DNA from: Desulfarculia bacterium
GTDB taxonomy: Bacteria; Desulfobacterota; Desulfarculia; G963662305
DNA: 64,000 nucleotides
Direction: 5' to 3'
Assembly: GCA_963662305.1 (NCBI GenBank)
Contig: OY759351.1
Coordinates: forward strand, 960,428-1,024,427
The position numbers and the translations under genes were made by a program. Of the stretch, positions 57,390-64,000 are shown piece after piece (position 1 is the stretch's first letter; each line of letters starts with the position of its first letter). The notes beneath the pieces were generated by a model, which was not told the origin of the DNA, did no database searches, and saw nothing but the letters and a program-made list of their open reading frames with translations.

Positions 57390-58265
57390 ATGAGCGACGT
57401 GAAATGCGTTTTCGAGGCCAAGGCCACGACGGCCGAGTGTCCTGTCTGGAATATAGAGGGGAAAGCCCTTTATTGGATCGACATACAGGGGAAAACCCTC
57501 AACCGTTTTGACCCTGCATCGGGTCGGAACAGGGTCTGGCCCGTGGGCGAGGATATCGGATCCTTTGCTTTCCGGGAAACCGGGGGTGTGGTGGCGGCCA
57601 TGCGTTCCGGGTTCGCCCATATCGACCTGAACGGCGGCGGGGTTGACTACCTGGTCGATCCCGAGGCCGAGATCGAGACCAATATTTTCAACGACGGCAA
57701 ATGCGACCGGGCCGGGAGGTTCTGGGCCGGAACCATGTATGAACCCCAGCCCCGCAACCAGCCGGTCGCCGGCCTGTATAGACTCGATCCCGACCTGAGC
57801 TGGCATAAGATGGAGGAGGGGATCGGGACCTCCAACTGTCTGGCCTGGAGCCCGGACAACCGGACCATGTATTTCGGCGACTCCCGGCGCAAAACCGTCT
57901 GGACCTACGATTTTGATTTCGAGACGGGAAGCCTGAGCAACCGCCGGGTGTTTCTCGAACTGGGAGAGCTGGGGCGTCCGGACGGCGCCGCGGTCGACGA
58001 GGAAGGTGGCTACTGGCTGGCCGTTTTCGATTCCAGCCGGGTTTTCCGGTTCACCCCGGACGGCAAGGTCAGCCAAGAGATCAGTCTTCCGGTAACCCAG
58101 CCCACCATGGTCGCTTTCGGCGGCGATGACTTGAGCACGCTCTATATAACCTCGGCCAGAATAGGCTTAAGCGAGGAGCAGCTCGTCCGGGAACCTCTGG
58201 CCGGCGGAATTTTCGCCGTTAAGGTCGAGTTCAAGGGATTGCCCGAACCGAAGTTTAAGGGTTAG
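57390..58265 (+). CDS. SMP-30/gluconolactonase/LRE-like lactonase (six-bladed beta-propeller)
   Basis: ECPVWN...LYWIDI...FNDGKCD...PDG motifs characteristic of the regucalcin family. Confidence 0.75.
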   Translation: MSDVKCVFEAKATTAECPVWNIEGKALYWIDIQGKTLNRFDPASGRNRVWPVGEDIGSFAFRETGGVVAAMRSGFAHIDLNGGGVDYLVDPEAEIETNIFNDGKCDRAGRFWAGTMYEPQPRNQPVAGLYRLDPDLSWHKMEEGIGTSNCLAWSPDNRTMYFGDSRRKTVWTYDFDFETGSLSNRRVFLELGELGRPDGAAVDEEGGYWLAVFDSSRVFRFTPDGKVSQEISLPVTQPTMVAFGGDDLSTLYITSARIGLSEEQLVREPLAGGIFAVKVEFKGLPEPKFKG

Positions 58266-58309
58266 CGCACTGCAGGTTCCTGAAAACATTATAATCGATA
58301 GGAGAGGGC

Positions 58310-60418
58310 ATGAATTCAGCGGGCGAGCCGGTTGAGGCCGCATTGTCCAGGGCCGCAGGTCAACTGTCCGAGTATCAATCCAAACGGCTTTTGGCCGAGT
58401 ACGGCATCCCGGTTGTGGATGAGATTCTAGCCGAGAAGCGGGAAGACGTCCTACAGGCGGCCGTTGACCTGGGTTGGCCGGTGGTGCTCAAGTACTGTTC
58501 CTCCCAACTGACCCACAAGACCGAACAGGGACTGATCGCTCTGAATCTGAACAATCCGGAGGAACTAAAGGAGGCCTTTGAGCGGCTCTCCTCCCTGGCG
58601 GCTGAGACCGGATTGGAGGGGGCGTTCCTGGTTCAGCGGTTCATCAGGGGCGATCGGGAGCTGGTCGCAGGTTTGATCCGCGATCCCCTTTTCGGCCCCT
58701 GCATCATGTTCGGCCTGGGCGGGATTATGACCGAAGCCTTGGGCGATGTGACCTTCCGGGTCGCCCCGTTTTCCCGGGCCCAGGCCGAGCAGCTCCTCCA
58801 GGAACTAAGGTCGGCCAAGATCCTGGGCGAGTTTCGGGGACAGCCGGCCGTCGATCGGGAAATTCTGATAGAGACTTTAATGGGGCTCGGCCGGATCGGC
58901 CTGGATCACCCGGAGATCAAAGAGTTGGACATCAACCCCTTGGTCATCCGGGAAGGACGGCCCGTGGCTGTGGATGCCCTGGTGATCCTGGACCGGGAGG
59001 TCCCCAAAGAGGCTGACCGGGGGGTCAGGACAGAGGGCCTGGGGGCCCTGTTCGAACCCCGCTCGGTGGCCGTTATCGGGGCCACGGCCAAGGAGGGCAA
59101 GGCCGGAAACGACGTAATCAAAAACATTCTGGCCAACGGATATAGGGGCGACCTCCATCTGGTCAACCCCAAGGGAGGCCGAATCATGGGCCGCCGGGTG
59201 GCGGCCTCCATCGAGGACCTTCCGGACGGAATCGACCAGGCCATCATCATCCTTCCGGCCCAGGCCAATCCGGACGCCATCCGAGCCTGCGCCGCCAAGG
59301 GGATCAAGGCCGTGGTTCTGGCGGCGGGTGGATTTGCGGAGGTCGACGAAAACGGCTCCTCCCTCCAGGAGGAGCTGGCCAGGGCGGTGACCGAGACCGG
59401 CATTCGGGCCTTGGGCCCCAACACTTCGGGCCATACCTCCACCCCCCACAACTTCACCTCCAGCTTTTTCCCCCTGGGCAGGCTGCCCAAAGGGCCCATA
59501 AGCTATATCGCCCAGACGGGTAATTTCGCCACTCATACCATGCGCTCCATTATGTCCACCGAATACTACGGGGTGGCCCGGGTGATCGGGCTGGGCAACA
59601 AGATCGATTTTGACGAGACGGACGCCCTGGCCTACCTGGCCCAGGACCGGGAGACCAAGGCCATCTTCTGCTATCTGGAAAGCCTGGCCCGGCCTCGTCT
59701 GTTTCTCGAAACAGCGGCCGAAGTAACCAAAAAGAAGCCGGTGGTGATGCTCAAGGGAGGCAGTTCGGAGGACGGCGCCCGGGCTGCGGTGGCCCACACG
59801 GCGGCCCTGGCCTCTGACCGGAGGATAATGGACGCGGCCTTACGGCAGGTCGGGATTGTCCAGATCCACGAATACTCCCACCTGATTCTGGCGGCCAAGG
59901 CTCTGGTGCGGATGCCCCCCCCCAGGGGCAACCGGGTCGCTTTTCTGGCCCCTTCAGGGGCCATGCTGGTGGCTCTGACCGATCTTTGCCGGCTGAAACT
60001 GGGCTTAACCGTGCCCCGGGTGGAGGAGCGGACCAGAGCCCGGTTGCAGGAGATCAGCCCCTCTTATATCCGGATGCGCAATCCGGTCGATATCTGGCCG
60101 GCCGCCGCCGTCAGCGGGGTGGAGTTCGCCTATCGGGAAGGGATGAAGGCTGTGCTGGAGGACCCGAACATCGACGCCGTGGTTCCGGTCTTGATGATGA
60201 CCGACGAAACAGGGGTACCGGATTTGACCTTTATTCTCGATTTGGCCGATACGCACCCGGACAAGCCCATTTACATCACCTTTTCCGGAGAGAAAAAGCA
60301 CATGGATGCGGCCCGGGATTTTCTTGAACCGCATGGGGTGCCTACCTACCCCCTCATTGAGCAGCCATTTGAGGTTCTCAGCATTCTGGCCCGCTGCCGC
60401 GGGGCCATGGAGAGGTAA
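58310..60418 (+). CDS. ADP-forming acyl-CoA synthetase, fused beta (ATP-grasp) then alpha (CoA-binding / ligase-CoA) domains
   Basis: The N-terminal ATP-grasp region runs LSEYQSKRLLAEYGIPVV...VVLK. Next comes the CoA-binding motif RSVAVIGATAKEGKAGN. A succinyl-CoA-ligase-like alpha domain follows. Confidence 0.8.
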   Translation: MNSAGEPVEAALSRAAGQLSEYQSKRLLAEYGIPVVDEILAEKREDVLQAAVDLGWPVVLKYCSSQLTHKTEQGLIALNLNNPEELKEAFERLSSLAAETGLEGAFLVQRFIRGDRELVAGLIRDPLFGPCIMFGLGGIMTEALGDVTFRVAPFSRAQAEQLLQELRSAKILGEFRGQPAVDREILIETLMGLGRIGLDHPEIKELDINPLVIREGRPVAVDALVILDREVPKEADRGVRTEGLGALFEPRSVAVIGATAKEGKAGNDVIKNILANGYRGDLHLVNPKGGRIMGRRVAASIEDLPDGIDQAIIILPAQANPDAIRACAAKGIKAVVLAAGGFAEVDENGSSLQEELARAVTETGIRALGPNTSGHTSTPHNFTSSFFPLGRLPKGPISYIAQTGNFATHTMRSIMSTEYYGVARVIGLGNKIDFDETDALAYLAQDRETKAIFCYLESLARPRLFLETAAEVTKKKPVVMLKGGSSEDGARAAVAHTAALASDRRIMDAALRQVGIVQIHEYSHLILAAKALVRMPPPRGNRVAFLAPSGAMLVALTDLCRLKLGLTVPRVEERTRARLQEISPSYIRMRNPVDIWPAAAVSGVEFAYREGMKAVLEDPNIDAVVPVLMMTDETGVPDLTFILDLADTHPDKPIYITFSGEKKHMDAARDFLEPHGVPTYPLIEQPFEVLSILARCRGAMER

Positions 60419-60527
60419 ACACCAGGTTTCAGATCCATTTGTCGATGTTGAGGCCTTCTTCCGTGCTTGGACAGCTTGAATCCTCCCCAAAGGCCGACGC
60501 TACCGGCTCCGATGGCGACAGGGGATC

Positions 60528-61670
60528 TTATTTTACATCGCTGACCAAATGTCGAGTGGGAAGATGGGGCCAAGCTGTAACTATAATTACCTGCACCCAC
60601 CTCTCGTACTCTGCCCCCTTTAAGACGCGTTTATTTGGCCGTGAGGCTATCTTTGCGGCTGCCGGTTGGCGAACAATACCCAATTTCTTCATGCGCGTGT
60701 ACAGTGTGGTCCGCTTCATTCCCAAAATCTCGGTTACGCCGCCCGCACCGCTTATTTTGCCGCCGCACTTTTTAATGGCGTGGGTAATATAGCGACGTTG
60801 CAATTCATCCATGGTGGGGAGATCCGTGAGTAAATTTTCATGAAATTGATATCCCTGGTTTGCGCCGCCACGCGTTTGGGGAACCGCCAGCTCAAGATCT
60901 TTGCCGTCCGACAGAATTACGCTGCGTTCAATGACGTTTTGCAATTCCATGACATTGCCCGGCCATTGATAAGCCCTCAGTATGGTTTGGTTCTTATGGG
61001 AAAGCTCCTGGGGAGGTTTTTGATATTTTTTGGCATATTTATTGAAAAAATATTCTACCAGGAGGACGACGTCATTACCCCGCATACGCAGCGGTGGAAC
61101 CACCAGGGGAACTACATTAAGTCGGTAATATAAATCTTCCCTGAAATTGCCGTTACCGACGTCTTTTACCAAATCACGGTTTGTGGCGGCCACCAGTCTG
61201 AAATTGGAGCCAATACTTTTTACGCTTCCCCCTCTGAAAAAGGCTTTTTCCTCCAAAGCACGCAATAGCTTGACCTGTGCGGGCAGGGAAATTTCGCCTA
61301 TTTCATCGATAAATAAAGTTTCCATGTTGGCCAACTCCATACGACCCGGCTTCTGGTTAACCGCCCCGGTAAGCGAGCCTTTTTCATGGCCGAACAGTTC
61401 GCTTTCGAGCAACATCTCCGGTACGGCGGATAAATTTACGGCAACGAAGGGGCCCACTTTACGGGAACTCATGCCGTGAACTCTTCTGGCCAGAAGCTCT
61501 TTGCCGACTCCGGTTTCGCCAAGGATCAATACCGGAGCGTCGGATCTGGCGGCCTTGTCCGATTGCGCAAGCACCTTTTGCATGGTCTGGCTGTGGCAGA
61601 TGATCCCCCTGCCGTCCAATTGACCGCCGGAGGTGGTTTCCCTGAGCGCCGACACGGTCTTTTCCGCCAT
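60528..61670 (-). CDS. sigma-54-dependent transcriptional activator, AAA+ and HTH domains only (sensor domain lost)
   Basis: The gene has GETGVGKE Walker A, GAFTGA-like ESELFGHEKGSLTGA and an HTH at the C-terminus. Only about 30 aa precede the AAA+ domain in this frame. A partial GAF-like fragment lies in another frame in ORF 61526-61954. Confidence 0.6.
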   Translation of the reverse strand: MAEKTVSALRETTSGGQLDGRGIICHSQTMQKVLAQSDKAARSDAPVLILGETGVGKELLARRVHGMSSRKVGPFVAVNLSAVPEMLLESELFGHEKGSLTGAVNQKPGRMELANMETLFIDEIGEISLPAQVKLLRALEEKAFFRGGSVKSIGSNFRLVAATNRDLVKDVGNGNFREDLYYRLNVVPLVVPPLRMRGNDVVLLVEYFFNKYAKKYQKPPQELSHKNQTILRAYQWPGNVMELQNVIERSVILSDGKDLELAVPQTRGGANQGYQFHENLLTDLPTMDELQRRYITHAIKKCGGKISGAGGVTEILGMKRTTLYTRMKKLGIVRQPAAAKIASRPNKRVLKGAEYERWVQVIIVTAWPHLPTRHLVSDVK

Positions 61671-62074
61671 GTTCTGGCAGTATTGCTGAATCCGGTAAAC
61701 ATAGGTTCCCAGCTGCGGCCAATCTCGACAAGGGTGTTGCTCGAAAAATCAAAGGCGGCTTCGCTATACATGGTGTCGTGGTACAGGATGCCGAGTACCG
61801 ACTCTTGAATCCTCAACGGGAGGTACAAAATGGCCTTGGGCAGATGGCCCGGAGCATTATCGACAGTGGATGATTGTTTAACTTTTATGGGCTGATGATT
61901 CCTGTAGGCCTTCAGCACGTAAACCATGCTCTCCCGGAATGACTCCCCATTCACTTCATAGGGCCTGTCAAGGGCGGAGTAAAAATGTACCAGTGGGGCG
62001 GAGTAAAAGTGTACCGGTTTTGAAGTTGATCATCAGGGGGCCTTAAGGCCGCCTGATGAGGATAGAGGCGTGCA

Positions 62075-62560
62075 TCAGGTATTGCCTTTTAGCCGTTTGG
62101 ATTGTTTGAGGCGATAGCTGTGGCCGTTCATTAGGATGTGAACATGATGGGTGAGGCGGTCCAGGAGAGCACCGGTGAGGCGTTCGGAGCCGAACACGTC
62201 GGGCCACTGGTCAAAGGGCAGGTTTGTGGTGATCAGGATCGAGCCGCGTTCATATCTTTGCGAGCTCAGTTCAAAGAGCAGCTCAGCCCCGGTCTTGGAG
62301 AAGGGCACGAAGCCCAGCTCGTCGATAATCAGGAGATTAACCCCGGCCATCTGTTTTTGAAGCCTAAGGAGCCGTTTTTCATCCCTGGCCTCGATCATCT
62401 CGTTGACCAGGGCGGCGGCGGTGGTGAACTTGGCCTTAAAGCCGTTCTGACAGGCGCTGAGGCCCAGGGCCAAGGCCAGGTGGGTCTTGCCTGTTCCGGA
62501 GTTGCCCACGGCCAGGACATTCTCCCGCCTGTTGATGAACTCGCCCCGGGCATGAGAGCC
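62075..62560 (-). pseudogene. istB: istB (IS21 helper ATPase), N-terminal part out of frame
   Basis: The Walker A to C-terminus region is intact. The upstream ...FINRRENVLAVGNSGTGKTHLA is readable in the same frame but is interrupted further 5'. Confidence 0.65.
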
Positions 62561-62579
62561 GTGTAGGATTTGGCCGAGG

Positions 62580-63838
62580 TGGTCTCGACCCTGGCCCTGG
62601 GCAGATGGGGGTAGTTTTGAAGGTCCAGCCGGGGCGTTTTATCTTCTATCCGGCACAGGACCAGATGCTTGACCGCGTCGTAGGAGACCGCACCCAAGCC
62701 GAGGGCCGCTTTGATCCCGGCCCTGACCTCGGCCTGGTCAAAGATCTCCAGCAACCTCAGGATCTGGATATACTCCCGCTTTCCCTTTTTCCCCGAGCGC
62801 CGTTCCAGGAGCCGGCGCAAGCGGTTGAACTCTTGGGGCAGGTCCCAGCCCTTGAGCGGCGCGGCCTGGTCCAGGGCATTTGGTTTACGCTCCAGGATCT
62901 TTAGAGTAAGCCTCAAAAACACGTTCCGTGTTTTTGAGGGACCGCCGGGCCAAAAGCGCGGTTTTGGCCCGGCTTACGGTCGCTTAGCGACCGGCGGCCC
63001 GTGTCCGGTCCGCTTAGAGCGGTCTTCTTTCGAAACATATTTATGAAACCGCTCTATATAGTGCAAGGGATTATAAACCAGGTCCTCTTTTTCGTAAGAC
63101 CGGGGATAACGGACGATCTCCTTGCCTTGGCAGACGATCACCACCTGGTGGACATAGCCCTTGACCAGGACTTCCTGGTGGCCGTAAACAGACGGGACCG
63201 AGTAGTCGCATGCCTTGAATCGGACCAGAGAGGTTGAGCGGACCCTGGTTGACTCCTCGACTGAAATGGGCAAAGGCCAGATTGTGCCCTTCGCACAAAC
63301 CCTCGATCCTCTCGGCCGGAAACGCGGTCACGGACATATCGTCGCTCTGGGGCAGGCTGAGGCATAAATAATGGGCCTTTTGTAAAACGCCGTCGATTAT
63401 TACCCGGGCCTCTCCAAAATCGACCTGGGCATCGCCCGGTGGATGATCCAAGGGCACAAACATCTCCTTGGATCAAAAGCGCAGTTCGCGGACGTAATCC
63501 TTGACCATTGTCAAGCCGCCCGTATATCCGAACTCGTCCCGTAACCGCTCGAAGATCCGCTTCACCGTGTGACGCTGCTTCTTCGGGCGATCCTTGTCTT
63601 ATTCCAATATCTGTTTGATTATCCCAAGGAATGGCCTCGTTTTGGGCCGCCTGGCCGGCTTCTCTCGACAATATCCCGGCGGAATCGAATGCTCCAGCAT
63701 CTTGGATACCGTCCGGCGATCTATCCCGAATCTACGCGCCGCCTCCCGGCGGCTCATCCCCTCCACCATACAGGCCCGGCGGACCTTCCCGTATATCTCC
63801 ATGCCGTACATCCTCCACCCCTCCAACGCTCGATTCAA
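62580..63838 (-). pseudogene. istA: istA (IS21 transposase), split over at least three frames
   Basis: Segments 63599-63838, 63071-63463, 62974-63273 and 62395-62922 each carry consecutive IstA regions in different frames. Confidence 0.7.
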
Positions 63839-63940
63839 CTCGAACTATGGAGTGGGCGCCAGTGGTACATTTTTCAACCGGCCTTCTCGCCTCCTTTTCG
63901 GCCGTCCACTGGTACATTTTCTCTCCGCCTTTTACACTGG

Positions 63941-64000
63941 CCACGGGCTCCCTGGCCGCCGGCGGAACTCTGGGGATTCTCATCCCGCCCAGCATCGGCT
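63941..64000 (+). pseudogene. fragment of a second dctM-like TRAP permease gene beginning right at the IS21 boundary
   Basis: Translation LATGSLAAGGTLGILIPPSIG matches LATGAVCAGGTLGVLIPPSIG of the dctQM gene at 54567. No 5' half is present upstream of the IS. Confidence 0.5.

Larger units (their letters stand above)
61971..63930 (-). mobile_element. IS21-family element, degraded (istA and istB frameshifted), with multiple terminal repeats
   Basis: IstA pieces are MEIYGKVRRACMVEGMSRREAARRFGIDRRTV, PGDAQVDFGEA and RFKACDYSVP. IstB contains GNSGTGKTHLA and IIDELGF. The terminal repeats gagtaaaaatgtaccagtgg / gagtaaaagtgtaccggt at 61971-62017 have complements ccagtggtacattttt / ccactggtacatttt at 63857-63920. 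Confidence 0.75.

Noticed and set aside
62138-62566. 142-aa plus-strand ORF inside the IS21 element
   Set aside because: It is antisense to istB; the composition is Gly/Gln-rich with no motif.
1-64000. CRISPR arrays, toxin-antitoxin pairs, restriction-modification or other defence cassettes
   Set aside because: None found. No short direct-repeat/spacer arrays and no recognisable defence protein motifs were seen. The Smr-domain ORF at 2462 is isolated and not paired with a partner.

Overview
This is a high-GC (about 63-66%) bacterial chromosome segment. Gene content (ADP-forming acyl-CoA synthetase, Nif3/COG1579/RNase H trio, rpsB-tsf-pyrH-frr-uppS-cdsA-dxr-rseP order) fits a Desulfobacterota / delta-proteobacterium-like anaerobe; that lineage guess is inference. 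Coordinates 1-45,000 are mostly core housekeeping genes: a DUF169-CoaE fusion, mutM, one tRNA(CAU), a Nif3 / zinc-ribbon / RNase H trio directly followed by RNase P RNA (rnpB), ispD, ispF, cysS, uvrB, mltD-like, ndk, an ABC transporter triad, two tandem YkgJ-family CxxCxxCC paralogs, an MBL hydrolase, an OYE-type flavin oxidoreductase, a dGTPase-like HD protein, murA, comEC, the conserved rpsB-tsf-pyrH-frr-uppS-cdsA-dxr-rseP cluster, tsaB, a PAC2-like protein, a TGS GTPase, pgeF, a ZIP transporter and a class III adenylate cyclase-TPR protein. An intact IS4-family element with a 7-8 bp target-site duplication sits in an AT-rich islet at 12.5-13.8 kb. Coordinates 45.2-64 kb form an accessory island bounded by a degraded IS4-family remnant on one side and a frameshifted IS21-family element on the other. 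The island carries a TRAP transporter (dctP plus fused dctQM) and a GntR/FadR regulator whose gene (the regulator's own, and first of the operon) and the dctP gene are both preceded by the same bipartite palindromic operator-like motif. Behind the regulator is a tightly packed probable operon: two tandem Rid-family proteins, a class III (GSA-like) aminotransferase, a DRE-TIM (HMGL-like) aldolase, a creatininase-family amidohydrolase, an SMP-30/gluconolactonase-like lactonase and an ADP-forming acyl-CoA synthetase. An unusually long metallophosphoesterase sits upstream. I read this as an undescribed catabolic module for an unknown lactone/lactam-type amino compound. Other observations: a roughly 170-nt non-coding element present twice (21.2 kb and 26.4 kb), a family of GC-rich palindromic repeats at three loci, a 174-nt imperfect palindrome between cysS and uvrB, a T9G8 homopolymer upstream of ndk, and a sigma-54 activator gene truncated by the IS21 insertion. 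No CRISPR array or recognisable defence system was seen.
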